Positions 1 through 16,599 of a DNA stretch of 64,000 nt are shown here, in pieces (positions within the stretch are counted from its first letter, which is position 1; each line of letters starts with the position of its first letter). The stretch comes from Eledone cirrhosa (Eukaryota), in the NCBI GenBank assembly GCA_964016885.1, contig OZ024744.1, positions 73,532,001-73,596,000 of the forward strand. Direction: 5' to 3'. The position numbers and the translations under genes were made by a program. The notes below the pieces were generated by a model. That model was not told the origin of the DNA. It did not search any database and worked only from the letters and a program-made list of their open reading frames with translations.

Positions 1-3000
1 CAAACACTACCACCACAAACACTACCACCACAAATACTACCACCACAAATACTACCACCACAAACACTACCACCACAAACACTACCACCACAAACACTAC
101 CACTACAACCAGTACCATCACAAACACTACCACCACAAACACTACCACCACAAACACTACCACTACAACCACTACCACCACAAACACTACCACCACAAAC
201 ACTACCACCACAAACACTACCACCACAAACACTACCACCACAAACACTACCACCACAAACACTACCACCACAAACACTACCACCACAAACACTACCACCA
301 CAAACACTACCACCACAAATACTACCACGACAAACACTACCACTACAAACACTACCACCACAAACACTACCACCACAAACACTACAATCACAAACACTAC
401 CACCACAAACACTACCATCACAAACACTACCACCACAAACACTACCACCACAACCACTACCACCACAAACACTACCATCACAAACACTACCACCACAAAC
501 ACTACCATCACAAACACTTCCACCACAAACACTACCACCACAAACACTACCACCACAAACACTACCACCACAAACACCACCATCACAAACACTACCACCA
601 CAAACACTACCACCTCAAACACTACCACTACAACCACTACCACCACAAACACTACCACTACAAACACTACAACCACAAATACTACCACCACAAACACTAC
701 CACCACAAACACTACCACCACAAACACTACCACTACAACCAGTACCATCACAAACACTACCATCACAAACACTACCACCACAAACACTACCACCACAAAC
801 ACTACCACCACAAACACTACCACCACAAACACTACCACCTCAAACACTACCACCACAAACACTACCACCACAAACACTACCACCACAAACACTACCACCA
901 CAAACACTACCACCACAAACATTACCACCACAAACACTACCACCACAAACACTACCACCACAAACACCACCATCACAAACACTACCACCACAAACACTAC
1001 CACCTCAAACACTACCACTACAACCACTACCACCACAAACACTACCACTACAAACAATACAACCACAAACACTACCACCACAAACACTACCACCACAAAC
1101 ACTACCACCACAAACACTACCACCACAAACACTACCACCACAAACACTACCACCACAAACACTACCACCACAAACACTACCATCACAAACACTACCACCA
1201 CAAACACTACCACCACAAACACTACCACCACAAACACTACCACCACAAAGATTACCACCACAAACACTACCATCACAACCACTACCACCACAAACACTAC
1301 CATCACAACCACTACCACCACAAACACTACCACCACAAACACTACCATCACAAACACTACCACCACAAACACTACCACCACAAACACTACCACCACAAAC
1401 ACTACCATCACAACCACTACCACCACAAACACTACCACCACAAACACTACCATCACAAACACTACCACCACAAACACTACCACCACAAACGCTACCACCA
1501 CAAACACTACCACCACAAACACTACCACCACAAACACTACCACCACAAACACTACCACCACAAACACTACCACCACAAACACTACCACCACAAACACTAC
1601 CACCACAAACACTACCACCACAAACACTACCACCACAAACACTACCACTACAAACACTACCACCACAAACACTACCATCACAAACACTACCACCACAAAC
1701 ACTACCACCACAAACACCACCATCACAAACACTACCACCACAAACACTACCACCTCAAACACTACCACCTCAAACACTACCACTACAACCACTACCACCA
1801 CAAACACTACCACCACAAACATTAAAACCACAAACACTACCACCACAAACACTACCACCACAAACACTACCACCACAAACACTACCACCACAAACACTAC
1901 CACCACAAACACTACCACCACAAACACTACCACCACAAACACTACCACCACAAACACTACCACCACAAACACCACCATCACAAACACTACCACCACAAAC
2001 ACTACCACCTCAAACACTACCACTACAACCACTACCACCACAAACACTACCACCACAACCAGTACCACTACAAACACTACCACCACAAACACTACCACCA
2101 CAAACACTACCACCACAAACACTACCACCACAAACACTACCACCACAAACACTACCACAACAAACACTACCACCACAAACTCTACCACCACAAACACTAC
2201 CACCACAAACACTACCACAACAAACACTACCACCACAAACACTACCACCACAAACACTACCACCACAAACACTACCACCACAAACAATACCACCACAAAC
2301 ACTACCACCACAAACACTACCATCACAAACACTACCATCACAAACACTACCACCACAAACACTACCACCACAAACACTACCACCACAAACACTACCACCA
2401 CAAACATTACCACCACAACCACTACCACCACAAACACTACCACCACAACCACTACCACCACAAACACTACCACCACAAACACTACCATCACAAACACTAC
2501 CACCACAAACACTACCACCACAAACACTACCACCACAAACACTACCACCACAAACACTACCACCACAAACACTACCACCACAAACACTACCATCACAAAC
2601 ACTACCACCACAAATACTACCACCACAAACACTACCACCACAAACACTACCACCACAAACACTACCACCACAAACACTACCACCACAAACACTACCACCA
2701 CAAACACTACCACTACAAACACTACCACCACAAACACTACCACCACAAACACTACCACCACAAACACTACCACCACAAACACTACCACTACAAACACTAC
2801 CACCACAAACACTACCACCACAAACACTACCACCACAAACACTACCACCACAAACACTACCACTACAACCACTACCACCACAAACACTACCACCACAAAC
2901 ACTACCACTACAACCACTACCACCACAAACACTACCACCACAAACACTACCACCACAAACACTACCACTACAAACACTACCACCACAAACATTACCACCA

Positions 3001-6000
3001 CAAACACTACCACCACAAACACTACCACCACAAACACTACCACTACAACCACTACCACCACAAACACTACCACCACAAACACTACCACTACAGCCACTAC
3101 CACCACAAACACTACCACCACAAACACTACCACTACAAACACTACCACCACAAACACTACCACCACAAACACTACCACCACAAACACTACCACCACAAAC
3201 ACTACCACCACAAACACTACCACCACAAATACTACCACCACAAACACTACCACCACAAACACTACCACCACAAACACTACCACCACAAAGACTACCACCA
3301 CAACCACTACTACCACAAACACTACCACCACAAACACTACCACCACAAACACTACCACCACAAACGCTACCACCACAAACACCTCCACCACAAACACTAC
3401 CACCACAAACACTACCACCACAAACACTACCACCACAAACACTACCACCACAAACACTACCACCACAAACACTACCACCACAAACACCTCCACCACAAAC
3501 ACTACCACCACAAACACTACCCCCACAAACACTACCACCACAAACACTACCACCACAAACACCTCCACCACAAACACTACCACCACAAACACTACCACCA
3601 CAAACACTACCACCACAAACACTACCACCACAAACACTACCACTACAAACACTACCACCACAAACACTCCCACCACAAACACTACCACCACAAACACTAC
3701 CACCACAAACACTACAACCACAAACACTACCACCACAAACACTACCATCACAAACACTACCACCACAAACACTACCACCACAAAGACTACCATCACAAAC
3801 ACTACCACCACAAACACTACCACCACAAATACTACCACCACAAACACTACCACCACAAACACTACCATCACAAACACTACCATCACAAACACTACCACCA
3901 CAAACACTACCACCACAAAGACTACCATCACAAACACTACCACCACAAACACTACCACCACAAATACTACCACCACAAACACTACCACCACAAACACTAC
4001 CATCACAAACACTACCACCACAAACACTACCACCACAAACACTACCACCACAAAAACTACCACCACAAACACTACCACCACAAACACTACCACCACAAAT
4101 ACTACCACCACAAACACTACCACCACAAAAACTACCACCACAAACACTACCACCACAAACACTACCACCACAAATACTACCACCACAAATACTACCACCA
4201 CAAACACTACCACCACAAACACTACCACCACAAACACTACCACTACAACCAGTACCATCACAAACACTACCACCACAAACACTACCACCACAAACACTAC
4301 CACTACAACCACTACCACCACAAACACTACCACCACAAACACTACCACTACAACCACTACCACCACAAACACTACCACCAGAAACACTACCACCACAAAC
4401 ACTACTACCACAAACACTACATTCACAAACACCACCATCACAACCACTACCACCACAAACACTACCATCACAAAAACTACCACCACAAACACTACCACCA
4501 CAAACACTTCCACCACAAACACTACCACCACAAACACTACCACCACAAACACTACCACAACAAACACTACCACCACAAACACTACCACCACAAACACTAC
4601 CACCACAAACACTACCACCACAAACACTACCATCACAACCACTACCACCACAAACACTACCACCACAAACACTACCATCACAAACACTACCACCACAAAC
4701 ACCACCACCACAAACACTACCACCACAAACACTACCACTACAACCACTATCACCACAAACACTACCATCACAAACACTACCATCACAAACACTACCACCA
4801 CAAACACTACCACCACAAACACCACCAGCACAAACACTACCACCACAAACACTACCACTACAACCACTACCACCACAAACACTACCATCACAAACACTAC
4901 CATCACAACCACTACCACCACAAACACTACCACCACAAACACTACCATCACAAACACTACCACCACAAACACTACCATCACAAACACTACCACCACAAAC
5001 ACTACCATCACAAACACTACCACCACAAACACTACCAGCACACACACTAACACCACAAACACTACCACCACAAACACTACCACCACAAACACTACCACCA
5101 CAAACACTACCACCACAAACACTACCACCACAAACACTACCACCACAAACACTACCACCACAAACACTACCACCACAAACACTACCATCACAACCACTAC
5201 CACCACAAACACTACCACCACAAACACTACCATCACAAACACTACCACCACAAACACCACCACCACAAACACTACCACCACAAACACTACCACTACAACC
5301 ACTACCACCACAAACACTACCATCACAAACACTACCATCACAAACACTACCACCACAAACACTACCACCACAAACACCACCACCACAAACACTACCACCA
5401 CAAACACTACCACTACAACCACTACCACCACAAACACTACCATCACAAACACTACCATCACAACCACTACCACCACAAACACTACCACCACAAACACTAC
5501 CATCACAAACACTACCACCACAAACACCACCACCACAAACACTACCATCACAAACACTACCACCACAAACACTACCACTACAACCACTACCACCACAAAC
5601 ACTACCATCACAAACACTACCATCACAAACACTACCACCACAAACACCACCACCACAAACACTACCACCACAAACACTACCACTACAACCACTACCACCA
5701 CAAACACTACCATCACAAACACTACCATCACAAACACTACCATCACAAACACTACCACCACAAACACTACCACCACAAACACTACCACTACAACCACTAC
5801 CACCACAAACACTACCATCACAAACACTACCATCACAAACACTACCACCACAACCACTACCACCACAAACACTACCATCACAAACACTACCATCACAAAC
5901 ACTACCACCACAAACACTACCACCACAAACACTACCACTACAACCACTACCACCACAAACACTACCATCACAAACACTACCATCACAAACACTACCACCA

Positions 6001-9000
6001 CAAACACTACCACCACAAACACTACCATCACAAACACTACCATCACAAACACTACCACCACAAACACTACCATCACAAACACTACCACCACAAACACTAC
6101 CACCACAAACACTACCACCACAAACACTACCACCACAAACACTACCACCACAAACACTACCACCACAAACACTACCATCACAAACACTACCACCACAAAC
6201 ACTACCACCACAAACACTACCATCACAAACACTACCATCACAAACACTACCACCACAAACACTACCATCACAAACACTACCACCACAAAAACTACCACCA
6301 CAAACACTACCATCACAAACACTACCACCACAAACACTACCATCACAAACACTACCACCACAAACACTACCACCACAAACACTACCATCACAACCACTAC
6401 CATCACAAACACTACCACCACAACCACTACCACCACAAACACTACCACTACAAACACTACCACCACAAACACTACCACCACAAACACTACCACCACAACC
6501 ACTACCACCACAAACACTACCATCACAAACACTACCACCACAAACACTACCACCACACACACTACCACCACAACCACTACCACCACAAACACTACCACCA
6601 CAAACACTACCACCACAAACACTACCACCACAAACACTACCATCACAAACACTACCACCACAAACACTACCACCACAAACACTACCACCACAAACACTAC
6701 CATCACAAACACTACCACCACAACCACTACCACCACAAACACTACCACCACAAAAACTACCACCCCAAACACTACCACTACAAACACTACCACCACAAAC
6801 TCTACCATCACAAACACTACCACCACAAACACTACCACCACAAACACTACCACCACAAACACTACCACCACAAACACTACCACCACAAACACTACCACTA
6901 CAAACACTACCACCACAAACACTACCACCACAAACACTACCACCACAAACACTACCACCACAAACACTACCACTACAACCACTACCACCACAAACACTAC
7001 CACCACAAACACTACCACTACAACCACTACCACCACAAACACTACCACCACAAACACTACCACCACAAACACTACCACTACAAACACTACCACCACAAAC
7101 ATTACCACCACAAACACTACCACCACAAACACTACCACCACAAACACTACCACTACAACCACTACCACCACAAACACTACCACCACAAACACTACCACCA
7201 CAAACACTACCACCACAAACACTACCACCACAAACACTACCACCACAAACACTACCACCACAAACACTACCACCACAACCACTACCACCACAAACACTAC
7301 CACCACAAACACTACCACTACAGCCACTACCACCACAAACACTACCACCACAAACACCTCCACCACAAACACTACCACCACAAACACTACCACCACAACC
7401 ACTACCACCACAAACACTACCACCACAAACACTACCACTACAGCCACTACCACCACAAACACTACCACCACAAACACTACCACTACAAACACTACCACCA
7501 CAAACACTACCACCACAAACACTACCACCACAAACACTACCACTACAGCCACTACCACCACAAACACTACCACCACAAACACTACCACCACAACCACTAC
7601 CACCACAAACACTACCACCACAAACACTACCACCACAAACACTACCACCACAAAGACTACCACCACAACCACTACTACCACAAACACTACCACCACAAAC
7701 ACTACCACCACAAACACTACCACCACAAACACTACCACCACAAACACCTCCACCACAAACACTACCACCACAAACACTACCACCACAAACACTACCACCA
7801 CAAACACTACCACCACAAACACTACCACCACAAACACTACCACCACAAACACCTCCACCACAAACACTACCACCACAAACACTACCACCACAAACACTAC
7901 CACCACAAACACTACCACCACAAACACCTCCACCACAAACACTACCACCACAAACACTACCACCACAAACACTACCACCACAAACACTACCACCACAAAC
8001 ACTACCACTACAAACACTACCACCACAAACACTACCACCACAAACACTACCACCACAAACACTACCACCACAAACACTACAACCACAAACACTACCACCA
8101 CAAACAATACCATCACAAACACTACCACCACAAACACTACCACCACAAAGACTACCATCACAAACACTACCACCACAAACACTACCACCACAAATACTAC
8201 CACCACAAACACTACCACCACAAACACTACCATCACAAACACTACCACCACAAACACTACCACCACAAACACTACCACCACAAAAACTACCACCACAAAC
8301 ACTACCACCACAAACACTACCACCACAAATACTACCACCACAAACACTACCACCACAAAAACTACCACCACAAACACTACCACCACAAACACTACCACCA
8401 CAAATACTACCACCACAAATACTACCACCACAAACACTACCACCACAAACACTACCACCACAAACACTACCACTACAACCAGTACCATCACAAACACTAC
8501 CACCACAAACACTACCACCACAAACACTACCACTACAACCACTACCACCACAAACACTACCACCACAAACACTACCACTACAACCACTACCACCACAAAC
8601 ACTACCACCAGAAACACTACCACCACAAACACTACTACCACAAACACTACATTCACAAACACCACCATCACAACCACTACCACCACAAACACTACCATCA
8701 CAAAAACTACCACCACAAACACTACCACCACAAACACTTCCACCACAAACACTACCACCACAAACACTACCACCACAAACACTACCACCACAAACACTAC
8801 CACCACAAACACTACCACCACAAACACTACCACCACAAACACTACCACCACAAACACTACCATCACAACCACTACCACCACAAACACTACCACCACAAAC
8901 ACTACCATCACAAACACTACCACCACAAACACCACCACCACAAACACTACCACCACAAACACTACCACTACAACCACTACCACCACAAACACTACCATCA

Positions 9001-12000
9001 CAAACACTACCATCACAAACACTACCACCACAAACACTACCACCACAAACACCACCAGCACAAACACTACCACCACAAACACTACCACTACAACCACTAC
9101 CACCACAAACACTACCATCACAAACACTACCATCACAACCACTACCACCACAAAAACTACCACCACAAACACTACCATCACAAACACTACCACCACAAAC
9201 ACTACCATCACAAACACTACCACCACAAACACTACCATCACAAACACTACCACCACAAACACTACCAGCACACACACTAACACCACAAACACTACCACCA
9301 CAAACACTACCACCACAAACACTACCACCACAAACACTACCACCACAAACACTACCACCACAAACACTACCACCACAAACACTACCACCACAAACACTAC
9401 CACCACAAACACTACCATCACAACCACTACCACCACAAACACTACCACCACAAACACTACCATCACAAACACTACCACCACAAACACCACCACCACAAAC
9501 ACTACCACCACAAACACTACCACTACAACCACTACCACCACAAACACTACCATCACAAACACTACCATCACAAACACTACCACCACAAACACTACCACCA
9601 CAAACACCACCACCACAAACACTACCACCACAAACACTACCACTACAACCACTACCACCACAAACACTACCATCACAAACACTACCATCACAACCACTAC
9701 CACCACAAACACTACCACCACAAACACTACCATCACAAACACTACCACCACAAACACCACCACCACAAACACTACCACCACAAACACTACCACTACAGCC
9801 ACTACCACCACAAACACTACCACCACAAACACCTCCACCACAAACACTACCACCACAAACACTACCACCACAACCACTACCACCACAAACACTACCACCA
9901 CAAACACTACCACTACAGCCACTACCACCACAAACACTACCACCACAAACACTACCACTACAAACACTACCACCACAAACACTACCACCACAAACACTAC
10001 CACCACAAACACTACCACTACAGCCACTACCACCACAAACACTACCACCACAAACACTACCACCACAACCACTACCACCACAAACACTACCACCACAAAC
10101 ACTACCACCACAAACACTACCACCACAAAGACTACCACCACAACCACTACTACCACAAACACTACCACCACAAACACTACCACCACAAACACTACCACCA
10201 CAAACACTACCACCACAAACACCTCCACCACAAACACTACCACCACAAACACTACCACCACAAACACTACCACCACAAACACTACCACCACAAACACTAC
10301 CACCACAAACACTACCACCACAAACACCTCCACCACAAACACTACCACCACAAACACTACCACCACAAACACTACCACCACAAACACTACCACCACAAAC
10401 ACCTCCACCACAAACACTACCACCACAAACACTACCACCACAAACACTACCACCACAAACACTACCACCACAAACACTACCACTACAAACACTACCACCA
10501 CAAACACTACCACCACAAACACTACCACCACAAACACTACCACCACAAACACTACAACCACAAACACTACCACCACAAACAATACCATCACAAACACTAC
10601 CACCACAAACACTACCACCACAAAGACTACCATCACAAACACTACCACCACAAACACTACCACCACAAATACTACCACCACAAACACTACCACCACAAAC
10701 ACTACCATCACAAACACTACCACCACAAACACTACCACCACAAACACTACCACCACAAAAACTACCACCACAAACACTACCACCACAAACACTACCACCA
10801 CAAATACTACCACCACAAACACTACCACCACAAAAACTACCACCACAAACACTACCACCACAAACACTACCACCACAAATACTACCACCACAAATACTAC
10901 CACCACAAACACTACCACCACAAACACTACCACCACAAACACTACCACTACAACCAGTACCATCACAAACACTACCACCACAAACACTACCACCACAAAC
11001 ACTACCACTACAACCACTACCACCACAAACACTACCACCACAAACACTACCACTACAACCACTACCACCACAAACACTACCACCAGAAACACTACCACCA
11101 CAAACACTACTACCACAAACACTACATTCACAAACACCACCATCACAACCACTACCACCACAAACACTACCATCACAAAAACTATCACCACAAACACTAC
11201 CACCACAAACACTTCCACCACAAACACTACCACCACAAACACTACCACCACAAACACTACCACCACAAACACTACCACCACAAACACTACCACCACAAAC
11301 ACTACCACCACAAACACTACCACCACAAACACTACCATCACAACCACTACCACCACAAACACTACCACCACAAACACTACCATCACAAACACTACCACCA
11401 CAAACACCACCACCACAAACACTACCACCACAAACACTACCACTACAACCACTACCACCACAAACACTACCATCACAAACACTACCATCACAAACACTAC
11501 CACCACAAACACTACCACCACAAACACCACCAGCACAAACACTACCACCACAAACACTACCACTACAACCACTACCACCACAAACACTACCATCACAAAC
11601 ACTACCATCACAACCACTACCACCACAAACACTACCACCACAAACACTACCATCACAAACACTACCACCACAAACACTACCATCACAAACACTACCACCA
11701 CAAACACTACCATCACAAACACTACCACCACAAACACTACCAGCACACACACTAACACCACAAACACTACCACCACAAACACTACCACCACAAACACTAC
11801 CACCACAAACACTACCACCACAAACACTACCACCACAAACACTACCACCACAAACACTACCACCACAAACACTACCACCACAAACACTACCATCACAACC
11901 ACTACCACCACAAACACTACCACCACAAACACTACCATCACAAACACTACCACCACAAACACCACCACCACAAACACTACCACCACAAACACTACCACTA

Positions 12001-13730
12001 CAACCACTACCACCACAAACACTACCATCACAAACACTACCATCACAAACACTACCACCACAAACACTACCACCACAAACACCACCACCACAAACACTAC
12101 CACCACAAACACTACCACTACAACCACTACCACCACAAACACTACCATCACAAACACTACCATCACAACCACTACCACCACAAACACTACCACCACAAAC
12201 ACTACCATCACAAACACTACCACCACAAACACCACCACCACAAACACTACCACCACAAACACTACCACTACAACCACTACCACCACAAACACTACCATCA
12301 CAAACACTACCATCACAAACACTACCACCACAAACACCACCACCACAAACACTACCACCACAAACACTACCACTACAACCACTACCACCACAAACACTAC
12401 CATCACAAACACTACCATCACAAACACTACCATCACAAACACTACCACCACAAACACTACCACCACAAACACTACCACTACAACCACTACCACCACAAAC
12501 ACTACCATCACAAACACTACCATCACAAACACTACCACCACAACAACTACCACCACAACCACTACCACTACAACCACTACCACCACAAACACTACCACCA
12601 CAAACACTACCATCACAAACACTACCACCACAAACACTACCATCACAAACACTACCACCACAAACACTACCACCACAACCACTACCACCACAAACACTAC
12701 CATCACAAACACTACCATCACAAACACTACCACCACAAACACTACCACCACAAACACTACCACTACAACCACTACCACCACAAACACTACCATCACAAAC
12801 ACTACCATCACAAACACTACCACCACAAACACTACCACCACAAACACTACCATCACAAACACTACCATCACAAACACTACCACCACAAACACTACCATCA
12901 CAAACACTACCACCACAAACACTACCACCACAAACACTACCACCACAAACACTACCACCACAAACACTACCACCACAAACACTACCACCACAAACACTAC
13001 CACCACAAACACTACCACCACAAACACTACCACCACAACCACTACCACCACAAACACTACCACCACAAACACTACCACCACAAACACTACCACCACAAAC
13101 ACTACCATCACAAACACTACCACCACAAACACTACCACCACAAACACTACCACCACAAACACTACCATCACAAACACTACCACCACAACCACTACCACCA
13201 CAAACACTACCACCACAAACACTACCACCACAAAAACTACCACCCCAAACACTACCACTACAAACACTACCACCACAAACACTACCATCACAAACACTAC
13301 CACCACAAACACTACCACCACAAACACTACCACCACAAACACTACTACTACAAACACTACCACCACAAACACTACCACCACAAACACTACCACCACAAAC
13401 ACTACCACCACAATCACTACCACCACAAACACTACCACCACAAACACTACCACCACAAACACTACCATCACAAACACTACCACCACAAACACTACCACCA
13501 CAAACACTACCATCACAAACACTACCACCACAAACACTACCACCACAAACACTACCACCACAAACACTACCACCACAAACACTACCACCACAAACACTAC
13601 CACCACAAACACTACCATCACAAACACTACCACCACAAACACTACCACCACAAACACTACCACCACAAACACTACCACCACAAACGCTACCACTACAAAC
13701 ACTACCACCACAAACACTACCACCACAAAG
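1..13730. repeat. 15-bp tandem repeat array, consensus CAAACACTACCACCA, ~915 units, continues beyond the left edge
   Basis: The 15-bp phase is kept on every 60-nt line. Only substitution variants were seen (e.g. CCATCA, CCACTA, CAACCA). Confidence 0.98.
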
Positions 13731-13793
13731 ACCAGCAACATCATCAGTCACAATAAAAGTATCCTTGTTTGGACTAGCTTAGTTTGGCGGTGA
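1..13793 (+). other. Possible giant repetitive exon: (QTLPP)n in frame 1 or mucin-like (NTTTT)n in frame 3
   Basis: No stop was seen in either frame across the array. Frame 1 ends ...QRPATSSVTIKVSLFGLA* (13782); frame 3 ends ...KTSNIISHNKSILVWTSLVWR* (13793). Openness may simply reflect base composition. Confidence 0.2.
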
Positions 13794-14561
13794 CTAGTTA
13801 TTTCACCGTACTTCTAGTTAAATTACTGTCCCCTAAACAACTGTTAAGACTGTAGATAGACAATTGCAGTTTGTTCAGTTAAACATTTATTTATTTATTT
13901 ATTTATTTATTTATTTCATCAATTTAAACGTCCGTATAGAGCTAGTAAGCCATTGCAGACTAGAGGTAGTATTTAAAACATTTTACAGTTGGGAGGTCGA
14001 TAAAAAAAAGCACCAGTCTAGTACTGGGGTCGATTCTTCCTCTATATCTCTTTCTCAGTTCCTCTCTCTCACTTTCTATCTTTCTCTGGAAGAAATCTGC
14101 TGTACTCAGGCCTAGAGAGGGATGGGCTCCGTCAGGCTTAAAATGGCCAAGAAACGTCCTATGTCAATACGGCGCCCCTACACCTCTACCAGGTGTTACG
14201 GGACTATTTACATATGTATAAGAAACAATTTTTAAAAAATGTTAGACAGAGTTAAGTGAATATAAAAATAAATATAAACAAATTAATTAATTAATTAAAA
14301 TAAGGAAGGCAAATGGGAGGCAAAATAAGTATAAAAAAAAAAAAGAAAAAATAGAAAACAAGAGAAGCTGTAAAATAGCTAGAAGTTTCTGTTGTGGTAT
14401 CTTTACGTTACTTTAATGTACTCAAATATTTTATTTATATTTAGTAGATCTTTTACAATATATTCAGTTCATATAGGTTATTCACCTCTGAATTATATTA
14501 ATAATAGTATAAGTAACATTACACATGACAAATAGTTGCTGAGATAAGTAAATAGCAAAAC

Positions 14562-15320
14562 GGAAAAGAATGAAACGAAATTTCAATTCTCACTCTTAGT
14601 ACGGCTGATACCTAAATATAAGTATGTATACGTACATACATATATTTATACAGGCGTACAGTAGTATGTATATATATACATACATGCACACACATATATA
14701 TATGTACGTATGGGTTTACCGAACATTTATTATAATGTTGTTTACAAACAAACCGAACATTATAATAAATGTTCGGTAAACCCATACGTACATATATATA
14801 TATATGTGTGCATGTATATATATATATATATATATACATACTACTGTACGTCTGTATACATATATGTATGTACGTATACATACTTATATTTAGGTATCAG
14901 CCGTACTAAGAGTGAGAAATGAAATTTCGTTTCATTCTTTTCCATTTATTGTTTTCGGTGCGCCCGGCCGACTAACTCACTCGATATGCAAATTAGGCTG
15001 CTCAGCCGTTAATATGCATAAGGAAAGTATATACTTTCAAACGTTCAATCATCTGACAGAAAGGTATACGATGCTGGCGATAGCTAATAAGCTTGAAACT
15101 AGTACAGCGTTCCTGTGTCAGTATTGAACAAAAGGGCAACGATGGTTGCCGAGCACTGTACGGCGTAATTCGGGCTGTTTGTTTACAAACAAATCGAACA
15201 TTATAATAAATGTTCGGTAAACCCATACGTACATATATATATGTGTGCATGTATGTATATATATACATACTACTGTACGTCTGTACACATATATGTATGT
15301 ACGTATACATACTTATATAT
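14562..15320. mobile_element. Fold-back plus partial direct repeat, probably derived from a Penelope-like element
   Basis: Inverted arms at 14562-14740 and 14757-14943. A further direct copy of the arm lies at ~15178-15320, with a hammerhead-like motif between. Confidence 0.65.
15068..15110 (+). ncRNA. Degenerate minimal type-I hammerhead ribozyme
   Basis: ACGATG CTGGCGA TAGCT-AATA-AGCTT GAAA CTAG TA CAGCGT. The core is one change from CTGACGA; stem III is the palindrome CTAG. Confidence 0.6.
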
Positions 15321-16599
15321 AAATAGGAAAAGGAAAGATAAAAGCAAAATTAAGTAATGAGAAAATGAAGAAGGGCAGATCTGGCTGTATGGGAAAGTAG
15401 AGGAGAGGACTATAGATACCATAAATGAGAGGAAAATGAGGGTAAAAGCAAGGACTCTTGGGCCACAAAGGGAGGGGGAGAGGAGAGGGTGATGAGATCT
15501 AGGCCTTGGGCGCAGCGGTGTCGGGGCTGCATCCCGGTGACAAAACTGCATAAACATTTCTGCGGACAATGTGGGGAAACCAAATGCAAAAAATAGCTGT
15601 AAGAATAATCGACCGCTATAAATAATAGATTTAGACAGTCAAACAGCAGTGGCACCTTACCGGCTACTGGCCAATATTTTCCGTTGCTAAGTGTATTTTA
15701 CCCGATTTATTTATAGCGATCAACTGTTGCTAGAGTTCTCTAATTCGGGATATGCTTATAGTAAATTATCTGGGGATACGTTCACGCTCACAAACGAAAA
15801 TGCACACGTATATGCACATACACACATGTACATGTCACATATGTTAATTACTCACAAAACAGATGTAGTGTTGAGAGAGCAATCATGTAAAAAGTTTAAA
15901 CGAAAAAACAAAAACACGCTCGATGCCACTAAATAACAATGTATTTTAAACATTTACTTTACCTTCCAATTCTCTTTAAATTTCTGCGATTTTTGTGTCT
16001 TTCACTCCTACTCCATTCCAATGTTCAAGCTTTCCCACTCCTCTTTCGTGACTCCTGTTTTATAGCAGAAGGATTTCACACACGGGGTTTTGTTTATCAT
16101 GGATTATTTTGAGATGCCTTTTTCTCACACTTTTGAAATTCATATTGGGAAAGGACAATTTACATTGTGTATTTATCAAATAAAATACGAATATACCCAA
16201 ATATAAGGGTGGACACGATTTAACGGTTCAACAAAACTGCTGTTTCAGAATTATTTCTGTTTGGGACAATACAATTGTTGAACTTTGAAAAGCGTCCTCG
16301 TGTTTGGGTGAAATATTTCTAGATGACAGATTAAAATGAGGGAAGGATTGTTGAAACTTAGAATTGCAAGGGAAAGAGTATGATCTGGGTCTCTGAGAAA
16401 CACTACACAGTACACTTATTGAGCTTTAAAAACCAAGCTCGTGTTAATATGAAGATTAGGTGAAATAAAAATACAAGGAAATTCCCCAATAGGGGGGATT
16501 ACTAGCGAGGGTTCACTCAGATACCCCACTAATCCTGAACGAGCCGACGCTTAGCGAGCACCCGGGAACGGCACCCCTCTCCTCCTCAAATTCCCCCAC

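Noticed and set aside
1-13730. CRISPR array or telomere
   Set aside because: There are no unique spacers and no TTAGGG-type unit, and the context is eukaryotic.
2010-13751. 3913-aa (GGSVC)n ORF as a keratin-associated or metallothionein-like protein
   Set aside because: It starts at a non-ATG codon with only about seven unique residues and ends at a variant-created TGA while the array continues. Openness is expected from the repeat unit.
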